Source: Chlorokybus atmophyticus (taxonomy: Eukaryota; Plantae; Mesostigma and Chlorokybus algae). From it: a stretch of DNA of 64,000 nucleotides. The stretch is taken from assembly GCA_009103225.1 (NCBI GenBank), contig RHPI01003129.1, positions 51,942 to 115,941 of the forward strand, given 5' to 3'. A program made the translations under genes and the position numbers. Of the stretch, positions 50,277 through 63,588 are shown in pieces (position 1 is the first letter of the stretch; every line of letters starts with the position of its first letter). The notes under the pieces are model-generated. The model was not told the DNA's origin. It searched no databases and saw only the letters and a list, made by a program, of their open reading frames with translations.

Positions 50277-51202
50277 TTACACTCAAGGGAGGGTGCCCCT
50301 TTTTCGCGGGTTGCAGCGCAATGCTCTTCCTTGCGCCGCCCGTTATGCGGCTTGCCGAGCTTTCCGCCATGACATCCGCCGTCTCTGCTCTGAACACTCT
50401 GCCTGCCGTCGGCGAATGATCTTCCTCCGCCTGCCACATTGTGCAAATTGCAGTCTCATGTGATCGATCATTGCAATTGATATACAGTCTACCCTCGATA
50501 TAAGAGCCACGTTTATGCGAGCCCTTTTGGCTCTTATATTGAGGTGCTCTTACCTTGAAATAAGAGCATGTGCTCTTGTAGAGAGGGAACCTTGCAATAA
50601 GAGCCACAGCTCATATTATGAGGTAACCTCGGATTAGGAGCAATGGCTCTTGTAAAAAGGTAGGCAGCGGTGCATCATCAGTGTGGGCATGTGTGTGCGT
50701 GTGCATGCGAGTGTCAGTGTGCTGTGATGATGTGCGTGTTTGTGTATGGGAATGTGCGTGCGTGTAACTGTGTTCATGTGTGAGTGTGAGTGTGTGCGAG
50801 TGCACATAAATCCGTATCTTATATCCAGCAGGCACAGCATGCACACACACACAACATGCATAACATGCATCCGACATGCATAGCCAACGGCGTCGCTCAG
50901 TTCAACCATCCACACCGGGCTACTTCATTACCTCCACCTAAGTCTACACCTAGCACCACTACTTCTACCACCCCGTCATTTATGCTGGCCAGTCAACCAA
51001 CGCGTGTGCTGGATTATGTGTCAGTGTGACTGTGTGTAGGTGTGCGTGTGAGTGTGGGTGTGTGCGTGTGCGTGAGTGTGTGCGTGTGAGTGTGGGTGCA
51101 ATTGCAATGAGGCATATCATGTCAAGTAGATGCTTGCCTAGCTGCAGTTGCCTTGATGTGTACATGCACAGCATGTAAGAAGCAAGTATACAACATGTGC
51201 GT

Positions 51203-53143
51203 CTATGCGTAAAAGGTACGAATGTCACTCTGCTGCATGCGGGTAACATTTGCCACTACCATCCTCATAGCCTTTTTCTTAAAGCGCTCAAGCCATGCAA
51301 TGTCGCTTGCACTGTAAACCTCCAAATTATCCGCCGTAAACACACCCAACTTCTCCGCGCACTTCATTGCAGTGGCAATAGCAACAGGCTCCGGTGTGAT
51401 GTCGTCAATATCAATGTCCCCATCAGCAATGATGTTGGGGGCAACATCCACATCAGCCGTCACGGGCTCATGCATGTCCAACAACTCGTCAGGGGTTAAC
51501 TCAGCCTCTATAAGCTGTTCACCTGGCATGTTGATGTACTCAGCCGTGGAGAGCGCATCATTGATACCCAACTTGCCAATCAGCTCATCCAACTCTGTGC
51601 AATCAGCATCTGCGGTCTTCTGCATCGCTGTGGCAGCTCGTGCCATACTCTCATCAGCGCTGCGAGTGGCGGGATACCAATCTGATGGCCATAAGTTAGC
51701 TTTAGCAAAGCAGTTCTTGAAGATAGATGCGTCCATCTCCTCCCAAACAGCTGATGACCACAACACCGCTTGCTTAATGGATGGCTTGACATCCTTCAGG
51801 TCAGTCCCCGGGTTAAACTCCAGGACAGCGAGCAGCCACGACACAAGCTGCTTCTTGTACCGCATCTTGAAAGCGGCGATGATGCCCTGATCCATGGGCT
51901 GCACCTGCGATGTGGTGTTGGGAGGTAGGAACACAAGGGTGATGTGTGACATCCGTTGCAGCTCAAGCCCGTGTAGCTTCTCCCGCCTGACACCTGCCAA
52001 GCAAGGCAAGACATGCTTAAGTGACCAATCACATGCACAGTATGTGATTGTAGCATACAAGTCAATGCACCTTCACCTGATAAATTGTGACAGGCAGCAT
52101 TGTCCAGAAGGATAATGATATGGCGATTAGACATTGCCATCTTCGCATTCATGTCTTGCATGTAACCCTCATAAATTTTCATGGTCATCCATGCCTTCCT
52201 ATTACTGAACCAATGCACAAAGTCATTAAGGCCTAAACCCTTTGCCAAAGCAATGTGGTCGTAGGCTCTTGTTAATGAGCAGCAATTTGAGCCGTTCGGA
52301 GCCGTTGGCGTTAGACCCGAACAACACGGTGATTCGCTCTTTGGACTTCAAGCCTCGCACCTGCTCGCTCGCAAACGCCAAGGTGCGGTCGGGTGCGGCC
52401 CTTGTATACAACGCACCTTCGTCAATGTTGAAGGTGTCCTCTACAGTTGCACCCAACTCGTGCAGCACAAGCGGTACAGACTCCCGTGCCAGCTCCACAC
52501 CCACTATGTCAGCATCAGCACTTTCACCGTGTGCCTTTTTGCACACGATCCCTTCCCTGCAGCAACCAGCCCAACTCAAGTACACACACACATGCACGCA
52601 CACACGTCAGCACACAGTCAAGACAGACACCTTTCACTTCTACGGCACTCACCTTTTTTTGAATTTCTCCAGCCAGCCATTGGACGCTTTGAACTCTTCT
52701 GGGGGCACGCCCTTGGCTTGAGCCAAAGTGAGCGCTTGTTGTTGTAGCAGCGCGTCCGATAATGGCAGGTTGGCAGCTCGGGCCTGACATGCAGTCATGC
52801 ACATACAAAATCTCAGCATGAATCATGGCAACAACACACATCTACGGCATAACAACAATAGTACACTTACAATCTTGAACCATGACACCAAAGCCTGCTC
52901 AATCTGTTCAAATTTTGCAAAGCGAATGGACTTCCGCGCTGCTTGTCTATCATCTAATTGCAACAGATCCTCTTCACATTGCAATATCTTTGATAATGTC
53001 TCTCGCTTGACAGTCAGCTTGAGCTGCTTCTTCACTTCAAGCGCAAAGAGGTCATGGGTAAGGGACTTGAAGTTGACCCTCAGCTGACAGATTTTCTTCT
53101 TTTCAAGATCAGTTAGACGCATGCGCTTCTTTGGGGACGGCAT
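51203..53143 (-). pseudogene. CENP-B/pogo transposase (two HTH domains + DDE_1), three introns, one +1 frameshift
   Basis: Exons 53143-52871, 52783-52653, 52556-~52078 and ~51993-51203. FKASNGWLEKFK, HGES, FNIDEG, KERITV, SNRKAWMT, LLDNAACH, FLPPNTTSQVQPMDQGII. One extra T at ~52228 breaks KGFRP-NDFVHW. Confidence 0.92.
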
Positions 53144-53158
53144 GCTGTGACAAAACAG

Positions 53159-53198
<40 letters not shown>

Positions 53199-53501
53199 AT
53201 AAATATGCAAGGATTGCGGCATGCATAAGAGTATGACACATGCACAGGCAGTCAGCACACTACACCATCAAACACTCATATTCAACCACCGGGCTGTTCA
53301 CCTAGTCGCTACCTACCTACCTTCACTACTGCCCTTACCCCGTGCAGCATACATGCATGCATGCACATGTTGTTACCTGCACAAAGCCAGAGTGTGTCAA
53401 CAACGACAGCAACAATGACGACTACACCGACAGCAACAACACAACTCAGCACAGAACAACAACTACTATTATAACGCAACCCATCACAGCAACAGCAACT
53501 T

Positions 53502-53825
53502 GCAGCCTGCAAGTTGTTCAAGTTGTTCAAGTTGTTCACGTTGCTGCTCAGCAGCAACTTGATTAACTATTACGACAGCAGCCTGCAAGTTGTTCAAGTT
53601 GTTCAAGTTGCTGCTGAGCAGCAACGTGAACAACTATTACGACGGCAGCCTGCAAGTTGCTGCAAGTTGTTCAAGTTGCTGCTGAGCAGCAACTTGAACA
53701 ACTACTACAACAGCAGCCTGCAAGTTGCTACAGATTGTTCAAATTGCTGCTCAGCAGCAACTTGAACAACTTAAATGACGGCAGCCTGCAAGCTGTTCAA
53801 GTTGTTCAATTACGACGGCACGCAG
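53502..53825. repeat. tandem array of ~67-bp units, each carrying a long palindrome, inside the transposon leader
   Basis: Four to five units starting GCAGCCTGCAAG. Unit 3 has a perfect 18-bp stem, AGTTGTTCAAGTTGCTGC-TGA-GCAGCAACTTGAACAACT (53665-53703). Confidence 0.9.
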
Positions 53826-54973
53826 GGGCAAGCGGCGGCGGAGGAGCAGGCAAAGCTGGAGGACAACAACAACAACAACAACGGCACACCTGGCCTTCTT
53901 TTTGTCGTCCTCTTGCTCCCCACCCTCCTCCTCCACCGCCGCTTGCTCCTGCGCCCCCTGCGCAAAATCCCCTAACCCTAACCCTAATCCCTCTCAATAA
54001 GAGAGTTGCCTACAGGGCCAGAGCGCTCCTATATCGAGTGCTCTTACTCTTATTGGGAGGTGGTGTTGCCCCATGTACGAAATTGAAAAGGCCTTTTGGC
54101 TCTTATATCGTAAATGCTCTTAATGTGAGGGTATATTATATCGAGGGTAGATTGTATGCTCATATGTAATAAGTGTGCTTAAATTGCAGAAAATAACCTG
54201 GGCAGTTCATGTATCGAGGGTTCTCTGCATGATGGTGCCATAGTAACGACCCTTTCAATGAATGTAACTTTCCCAGCTGTGAGAGCGAGAGAGAGAGAGA
54301 GAGAGAGAGNTAGCTGACAAACCTGATCATCTTGCTGCGCATTGGTGTTCAGTTCTTCAAGTACTCTCGCCTGGCATTCCCCCATCCGGACGTGCCTATT
54401 GAAGCTGCATTCACCGTTTTCACAGACGCAGGTGCCCATCTGGCTCATGAACATAAGTGGCCACTCAACCGTCACGCTCTGCACTCCATCAGTTGTCAGT
54501 GTCATAGGGGGGGGGGTAACACCGTCTGCACTTAGCGACTTGGTTGAACTGTCATTGCTCGTGAAAACTGTAGAACTGTAAAAGGGCTTTCACATCTACA
54601 ACTGGGGCGGAGGTTGATGTTATCAATATTGTGTCGCATTTGCCGCGATGGAGTCCCTTCACATGAATAAAGTGTATCACTCGAAATCATCAAGTTCTTG
54701 AGCTAGTAGAGTCCCCTTAAATACATCCCCCGCTTGCTATCGAGACTGTTTTTGTACACCATACCCACTCCCCCTCCCCTTTCTGTCTCTTGTTGAGAAG
54801 TTAACAACTTGCACATCGTTGCAAAGTAGTCTCCATACATCTTGCTTACATGCTGGTTTGGGCAACGGTTGCATTTTGCTTGCTAGTGCCATTGGGCGAA
54901 ACTACTCAATAGGTCACTACCATGGCTACAGCTTACGTTACTCACAGGTCAGCTGCTAACACTAAGTAACTTA

Positions 54974-57900
54974 CTACTTAAAGTTACTCTCCAAACGCTG
55001 GTGTTGCTCTGCACGCTGGTCACCACCAGCATGACTAGCATGCGCTTGCGATGCCACTTGGTGGGTTGCAGAGACAATAATATCACTGGCACCATGTGCA
55101 CTGAACTGCATATGCGCACCATATGGCATGTTGGGTTGTCGCATAGACGACATGGGCGCTTCCGCCTCAGTGGTTGTAATGCCTCTTTGAAATGCGAACA
55201 GTTGCTGCTGTAATCGATCAATCGTATGCGACTGATTGGCGATCTTCTTGAAGCACGCTTCTAGTATCCCGGACGGGTCCGGACCCTAAAGAAAGGAAAT
55301 GCAATAAGCAAGCAATCCACTCAGTGAACCGAATTGTTACAACACCAACACTACTACTCACCGGGTTTCTGCTAGTGCGTTGCAGCTTGTTGATGCGAGA
55401 TATCATTGCTGCCGCCATGGCATGAGGATTATCAACCTCTCTCTGCACAAGACGGGCAACGCACGCACAACAACATTACCCACCCAAAGCCCACACAACA
55501 CGCTAAGACACCAACACGTTAACGACAGCAACAATACCACCCACCTGTAAAGGGGCTTGGTCCACGCCAGCGTTAAACAACACATGTGCCAACTCTTCTC
55601 TTGTCATCGTCATGTCGCCGAGAGTCAACTTGTCCTTGGATACAGCTCCTCTGGCCTGAGTGTGAAATCTCTCAACACATCGCTGAAGTTGTGTATGCCT
55701 AAGGTGAAAAGATGAGTTGTGTTACATATGTGTATGAATGGTATAAATACCTTGTCGCGCACGGCCGGCGTGCGAGCCCTGCGTAATCTTCGCAAATACA
55801 AGTACACTTGTCGATCCGGAAGGTATTTTGAGCAGAAGTATTTGCGCCAGCACGCACGCCACTTGTCCATGATTATGAACAGCAGCTCATGACCCATTGA
55901 GCGCGTGGTTTTCGCATCGGCCTTCACATCGGCAAACGCATCTGCAGTGACGGATGTGGTTGTTGTTTGTCCGTCATGCGGACTGCAAGCTGAGTGTGCT
56001 GATACCACGAACCTATGACGATGGCTATGAGAAAGTTGAAAAGGATGAAAAAGACAAGGATAATGTACGACCAGAAGAAGACTACGCCGACCAAGTACAT
56101 TAGTCCATCCTGTTGCATCAGTTGGTTGTTCACCTGCAGCAGCCAGTCTTGTCATCCAATACTAGCATTGTTGTCACAGTTAGTTGGTGGCAGCAATACA
56201 ACATGGCGAGTTGCTTGCATTGACACTTACACCAGTGTCTCCAAGCAGCATCTGGAAGAGAGTCACGCAGGCGAGCCACAGTTGTGAAAACTGCAGATGA
56301 AGTTGCCGTTTTTTTCTCATGCAGGTGGAGACAAGCACAACGCACGCACGCACGCACTAACTCACATCTTGAATGGTTTCGCCAAAAGCGATGAGAGCGA
56401 GCATGGCGTAGCATAGAAAGACGAGGAATGCCAAGAAGAAGAAGTGGCCGAGGTCGACGGCGGCGCGGACGAGCGTGCGTGTGAGCAGGCCCATACGTGG
56501 TTGGAAATCACATAGCTTGAGTGTTCGCAACAACATCAGGACAATACTGAAACACACACATGAGTTGAGGGATACGCGCGTGACACGCACATGCGCACGC
56601 GCACACGTACTTGATGCTGTTGACGGCGAGATAGAAGCGCCACGTGCTGGCGAGCATGTTGACTTTTGCAAGCATTGCCACAAAATTTTGCAAGCCTTGT
56701 CCGTCCGCGTTAAGCTCCAGCGCGTGCGGCCCGAAGCGGTCTGACCCCGTCGCAGCGTATATGTTGTAGAAGACTGGCGTGTCAAAGCGTGTGGCGTATT
56801 GAAGGAGAAACGCGACCCACGTGATGACGGCGGTGAAGAGCAGTGCGATGGAGGCTGCATCGACATAATTCCAGAAGCTGCGATAGTATGCGAGGAGTGA
56901 CCCTGTCTTCACCCATGTGCGGTATATATCTGACCCTTCAAAGTACACCTCTGCGCCTATGCACAACAGCAATAACAGCTCCAACGCCTGCACATGTATG
57001 CATAGGCATACATTAACTCCTTGCACGCATGATGGATGGTACAAAATGGACTTACCGCACGGATGCACTTGGTAGTGCTGTTGTAGTGCTCGACAGACAC
57101 ACAGACTATGTACGGGTTAATTGATATGCTCCCGCCATCATTGAAGCCAAAATGCACGCGAAAACTGGTGAAGAGTTGCAGAACAACTGAGCCATGGAAA
57201 CAATTAATTTTCAGGTGTGAGTCAGTAAGTTGAACACAACAACATGCAACATAGACCATACAGCAATACCTTACCGTTGTATGTGACAAACTGCATGTAG
57301 AGATCTTTAGTCTGGACCTGATCGATGAAGAAGCCGTCCTTAAGGTAATCAACAAACCTGTATTGGTGCATCAAGCTTGGGCGTGCTTGCTGGTGACAAT
57401 TATGTTGTGTATGTTATGTATCTACCAAGCCAGCTTTGACAAAAGACAAAACAGCAAACACACACGTTGCGGCCTCCTCTGCGTTGAGGTCGATCGCCAC
57501 GACGGCCGGGAAGCCAATTGGTCGGAAGTTTTTCTGCAAGCAGTTTAACCTGAGTTGGATATGTGCTAGCTGCGTGTATGTGCTTGTGTGTGCGCGCATG
57601 TGGGTAGAATGCATCACAGTATCATTACCACAGCAGGCATTGGGAAGAAGCCGTACGGGACCCCGTGTTCGTTGATGTCACCAGGACTGCAACCAAAGCC
57701 TTGCATCGGTTTCTATGACAACACAGAACAAAACATGACACTAATGCAGCACAAGATACCATGCCGTGTACGCCCTCGCTTCAGCTTCATCACATGTATG
57801 TGTGCGCATATGTTAATACTAAAACTTGCAGCGGACTCGCCTGTAGTACTTGTGGGGATCCCTGGCTGCAGCCTCGATATAAAACTTGCTGCTCCTCACA

Positions 57901-60900
57901 AACACTGACGCAGATAAAGTGTGGAGTTGGCAAGCGCAAAGAGAAACACACGCATGCACGCACGCACACAGACAAGCACGCGCGGGACACGCTTACAACA
58001 TATGTACCCGGGTCGGCGCCATACGGGTTGTTGTCGGCCTCCCGTAAGCGACATCGCGCGTCGGGGAGTAGGTTAGCAAACCTGCTATCTGAGCAGTTGT
58101 CACGTTGATATCGTGTTGTGTGAAGCAGGATGCCTGCCAGGATGCGGTTGGTGAGGCCGACGACGTACGTCGTAGCATTGGTGGCATTGCCCACGGACAA
58201 GCCCACATCATCGAGTGCGTAGTTGTTGAACCCGAATGGGAATGAGAGGGGTGCGTGGGCGTCGCTAGCGACCAGATTGCAGCATGCCAAATCTGAGACA
58301 GGAGACAACCAGCGCTTGTCATGAGCATCTTTCTCAACATTCTCAATACCCACGCGCGCAAGTGTGTGCACATGCGCAAACCAACGTACCATTGACACTG
58401 AGAGGCCACCTGAGAGAGCAGCAGTCCTATGCACCAGAAGATTTATGAATGATTGAGATTTATAAATGATTGAGATCAATGATGTTGGCTCGCACAAGGC
58501 ATGGACAAGCACAACCCAACAGCAGCTAAATCTCACTTCGAAGTCATTCCCGCACTCAGGGTACAGGCAGCTGGGCTGGCAGATGGCGTCGCCTGCATTC
58601 TGCCACTGGCAGTAGTCTGTTGGGTCTCCATGTACCACAGGTGCCCTGCAATAATCTGCAAACGAGACAGGACACATCAACTTCACTCTTCCCCAGCCCA
58701 AGCACAACGGTGTGTAACTGTCTATGCAAACCCACAGGAAAACAGATTCTAATTACCATCAGGACGGTGGCCGGGGTAGTTGACGCGGTTGTAATAAGCT
58801 GCTGGACATCCATACAATGGGTCAGAAGGGTCCTCCAGCGTGACGTTCGCGCCAGGCATGTTTAGATACTCGAGAATGGGCTGCCGCGCCTACAGATATG
58901 TGTATGTGTCCGCTCGTGCATGTGCGTGTGAGCGTGCGTGCAATGTATGTGTTTCATAAGTGTACAGGAGAAGTGATGACGTTGGCACATACGATGAGGC
59001 ACAATGCGTGGTTGCTGATGACGGTGACATTAGGGAACAAGTTTAGGGAAAAGCACATGCCCTGCACGCAGCGTTTGTAAATATCCTCCGGGTCCGCCGT
59101 GACGTTGCCGGGACAACGCAGGAAGCACGCCTTAACCCGCGAGCACCCTATCTCGCAAACACTTATTGTGCTCCCGCAGTACTGCCAAAACGCCGCTGTC
59201 TTGGCTTCTGTAGAGTCATTGCTGATGGCCGTCACATTCAGGTCAACATAGTCGAAGTCAGTCACCAACACTGTCGTTGTTGTTGCGATGCCTGCCAAGG
59301 TGGCTTTATCAGTGGGAAAAACTGTTATAAGGCGAGATGTGTAAAGGCAGAGAAGCAAGATGTCATCTTACCCACAGCAATGCCGGTAACGTTTGTAGGT
59401 GACATAAGGACTTGTCCCTTTACTCCGCCACCTGACAGATAAACGGACACATACAGGCACGCACACGAACACATACTAAGCGGTGTGTGTCACCTGTCAC
59501 TATCTATTGAAAGCTTCAGCAAGCCGTACCAGGGGCAAGTAAGCAGACGGTGTAGTTGCCATCAACCATGAACCTGTCACAGCACATCAAGGTGACCATT
59601 GTATGGGGAGTGTTACATTGTCGTCACACGATTACACGTACTTCATTCAGCACGACGTGAGAATGCTTGCCCTTACAAAGTAGTCGTCTGGGTTCCCGTC
59701 AACCCGCCAGCGGTGAAGTTGTAAGGAGTACTAAACCTGTGCACTAAAAAATATGATTCTGGCCTGTTCCATACACAACAGTCAGCGCCTCATTGCAATT
59801 ACCAGCATTTTGTGTTTGGGTCAGTCATGGAGGAAAAGGAACAGTCATCCGGCGCGCTGCACAACACATGAGGCTGTGTTATGACACACACACATGCGCA
59901 CATGCGCACAGCATGCCTTGTGGTCACATTTGCACAACATTTTGCTCACCACAAGTTCCAGAAAGAGCGCGCCTGATCAGTTGTGGTACGAAAGTTGAAG
60001 CCGAATTTGACGGTGACGTTGGTCAGATAGCGAGACCACCCACAATCCTACGGAGCACACGATCAACCAACTGTGTTGCAACCCTCATGAGCACAAAATA
60101 TGAACCACTTGCCTCTGGACAACCGAAGCGACCGTAGCCTGCGAACTCATATGGCTGCTCGCACACGCCGCCCCCACACACGGGGTTCGTAAACGTGCGC
60201 ACCAACATGCCCCTCACCCTTTGAACACACGACGCTGCTGTTATTACTGTCGTCATTGATGTTTGTGGTCAGCAGCAAAGTCGATAGAACGATACCAGGC
60301 GTGGAGGCTGGCCGTGTCCTGAAACTCTTTGAGGATGTTGCCGTTGCCGTCAGTTGGCAGCAGTGTTGATATCGTGCTGTTGACTCCGTAAACAACTGAT
60401 GCATCCCTGTGATTTACCCACATGTTGTGGTTGCGGGTCTTCTTTTGTCGTGAAGGTAACAACATGCTCACCTCTGCATGAACAGCACAACGAAGTAGAG
60501 CCCCGTGAACAGCATGAAACCAATGAGATGCCTGTAGCCCTTTTTGCGCAAGTCCCACTCTTCGAACTGTTATTGCAAGCAATTCAGTGTGTTTGAAGCA
60601 CCTCATTGAAAAGTGTGGATGATGATATGCACCTGTGCATGCACAGTGTTGAGAACTTCATCAGTCGATCGTGCATGCCCGCCCTCAGCAATAGCGTCGT
60701 CAGCCCGGGCAGCCTCGGTTGCCACTTCACCACCGACCTGCTTGCTTGAGCTTGCTGCCTGTTGTTGTTGTTGTGAGCAAACGTGACAGCGGAGATGACG
60801 ACAACAGCAACAGTTGTAATTACATGTTGTTGTGGCTATGGCTACCTTTCTGTGACGTTCCACAACATTGAAGACAACAACAGAGACAGGCCACAGACGG

Positions 60901-60980
60901 AGCCACAGCACTGAAGATAAAGATAAAGCGGTACCAACGGCGAAAACACCAACAATCAACAGTGACAGCAGCAGCAACAC
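54974..60980 (-). CDS. polycystin-2 (TRPP)-like cation channel with large Cys-rich/LNR extracellular loop, paralogue 2
   Basis: Exon-by-exon homology to paralogue 1: EGGHARSTDEVLNTVHAQ; RKKGYRHLIGFMLFTGLYFVVLFMQR; NPVCGGGVCEQP; SAFWQYCG; DAICQPSCLYPEC; NPYGADP; WNYVDA; LRTLKLCDFQPRMGLLTRTL; LLGDT; FILFNFLIAIVI; LTLGDMTMTREELAHVLF. Stop TAG at 54976-54974. The 5' end upstream of 60737 is uncertain. Confidence 0.9.
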
Positions 60981-63588
60981 AAGGCAACAGCAAGCTGGTG
61001 CCGTTGATTCTGTTGTGTTGCTGCTGGCGTTGCTGTTGCTGTAGTTGTCGTTGTGACTAAACTACTGCTGCTGTCAACAGAGTAACGTACAAATTGCACT
61101 TTCAAAGCAAGCACATATGCACCATGAATGTGGATGTGGCATGTGCAGTACGACATCTGGCAAAATTGCGCCGCAGTTTCACAAGGATGGCAGCGCAGCC
61201 TCAACTTTTTGAATGGTTCACTGAAGCACATGCGTTTATGTATGCCCGTTGTGTCATCGCTAACCAAACAGACAAACATGCCCTAAGCCAACCACAAATC
61301 CCAACCCTAACGCAGTACAGCAGCACAGACTTGCTGTTGCTGTTGCTGTTGCTGTGGTCGTTGCTCTCAACCCTGGCAAGCAAGCAAAGCTTGGTGCCGA
61401 ATTGAGAGCAACGAGCTGGCCACACCTTCCCAGACCAGCAGACAACATGCACAGAGGCACACAGCCTGATAGACACAGCTGGCATGGCAAGCCACACGCT
61501 GCTAACTGGCAACGCAAACACACGATTGCTACTGTGCAAGCAGCAGCCACAACACGCTTGCAGTCAGCTCAGCTCAGCTCAGCTTAGCTTCCACCTAACT
61601 TACCATCAGGCGCTGTTCCTCCACGTCACGTCACTACACAAATGCCACCGACGCATGCAATGCTTCTGCGACCCACGACACAGGCGATGCCATTTCCGCC
61701 GCCGCCCAGCTAAGCCCGAGCGTTGTACGGCGCAGTTGCATGCCGCAGTGAGGCTTGGCAAGCATGTGACACGGGAACGATTGCATGAATGACACGTGGA
61801 GTACCCAAAACAATGGATAGATGATGGGAACGGGATCGGGCGAGCCTGGTTCAAAGTAACTTAGCACATGAGGACTCGCAGTCCTTGCAGGCGGACAAGC
61901 GGTTTAAATGATGGTAATCTCCCGCCAATGTGGTAATTGTTTCATTTATAGCGGTAAAAGTAGCCCTAAAACACATTAACTCGACCCCCCTCAGCTGCCA
62001 CAAAGTGGCATAAAGTTACGAATAATCTATGCGGCGTTGCCACGCCGTGACCGCGTCATTTTTACACTCAAGGGAGGGTGCATGCCACTGTGGCATGCGC
62101 GTTTCTTATAGTTTCCTATATATCTCCTAGCGAAGTGGTCCTTTGCTACGGAACGCCCGACTCCGAGCGACCCGGGCCGCCGGCTCCTCGGTTAGCGCTT
62201 CCGACCAGATGTCAGCGCACAGGCACCATCGGCGTCGGCGTTGCGCCTCATCAGGCCGCGGCAGCTCAGAGGCGGGGGTGTTGGCGGCTTGCGGCGTTGC
62301 GGCGCAGCATTCACTGCAGGTGGCGGCGGAACTTTTGAAATATGCTAACTGATGATGCTAACTGTAGCTGAGCGGCAGTGCCGTTCCACTCAGTGCCCTG
62401 TTGCAGCTGGCGGCAATGACGGCCACCAGGCTTGCCACAATTGGCAGGCAAAGCCCTCACACATGCACGTTAACTGCCACACTGTGGCCAATGTATAGTT
62501 TACCTCACGACACTTAGTTGCCACTGTGGCAACTGCACTAAACCCTTAGCAAAAATTGTGAGGCGGACATGTGGTATCACATGTAGCAAGCAGACTTACC
62601 ACATGGTAGGTAGCAGACTTTTTGCTGAGTTACCAGCATTTACCAAGCGCTGCTCATGTTTATTAGATAGCGACGCAACCATTGTACACGAGAAGGGCCT
62701 TGTGCAACCAGGCTTCACAACCGGTGCCCCGATATTTGTGTGTGAGGGCCTCACACTTACAATTCAAGTCTTTCCACTCCAGCTCAATTATTTATGTATG
62801 TTAGCAACATCTTTATGTACTCTTCGCTTCTGCCCTCCGACCTCGCACACCAATGGCAAGGCCGTATGCCTTGACACTCAGAAGTTATTACATCAAGCGT
62901 AATAATTACCTCAAATGTACACCTACGTTTCTTTAACCTCGAATTAAGCTCCGTGGCAGCTCCGGACACCATGTGGTCATGTAGTATGATAGTTACATAA
63001 TATGCATATCCATGCAACTACGCCGATGTTGTACTAGCACCAAGCAGCTCTATACAATTTAATGCGCAGTTATGCCTTATGTAGTTTAACTACATAATAT
63101 TACGTTCAAGGCCTTATAGAAGTAGATGATATGCTATAAATATATCTCACAAGCATTACACATGGTAGCTCTTATGAAGTGCAATCCTCACACGAACTTG
63201 GCATACTACATCACGTATTTAGAGGTGTAACGACGCTAGTTCTAAGTGGTTATGCATTCTTGATCAGTAAATTAATGGTTTGATTGATGGTGGTAACTAT
63301 TATGTGAATAGTTATTATGAAGTTATGATCACTTGTGCATGTGAACACGGGTAAGTCCATAGTAGGGACTTACAACCGCGAGTAGCTCAAGTGACGCCAT
63401 ACGCGAAAGAATTCACATGACGGCGGAAGCCGTTTAAGGCGTAATTAACTTATATGGCAGGGACAGCCCTGCTACCACTACCCCATCATGATTATACGAA
63501 GTAAACTTCTAAGCAGACATTGTCGTAAGCGGCCAACAAGTTGAGTTTTAACTAGTTAGCCGAAAAAAGAACAGACTGTTTGACCTAA

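Larger units (their letters stand above)
50485..54154 (-). mobile_element. full-length pogo-superfamily DNA transposon, 3670 bp
   Basis: TA|CAGTCTACCCTCGATATA ... TATATCGAGGGTAGATTG|TA (17/18 inverted match), TA TSD, AAGAGC/GCTCTT subterminal repeats, internal transposase gene. Confidence 0.95.

Noticed and set aside
53502-53825. CRISPR-like appearance of regularly spaced palindromes
   Set aside because: The intervening sequences are conserved rather than unique, the context is a eukaryotic transposon, and there are no cas genes.
53971-53993. CCCTAACCCTAACCCTAA telomere-like run, plus isolated AACCCTAA at 48657-48820 and ~61303
   Set aside because: Too short for an interstitial telomere; at most telo-box-like motifs. 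No basis for linking them to RIF1.
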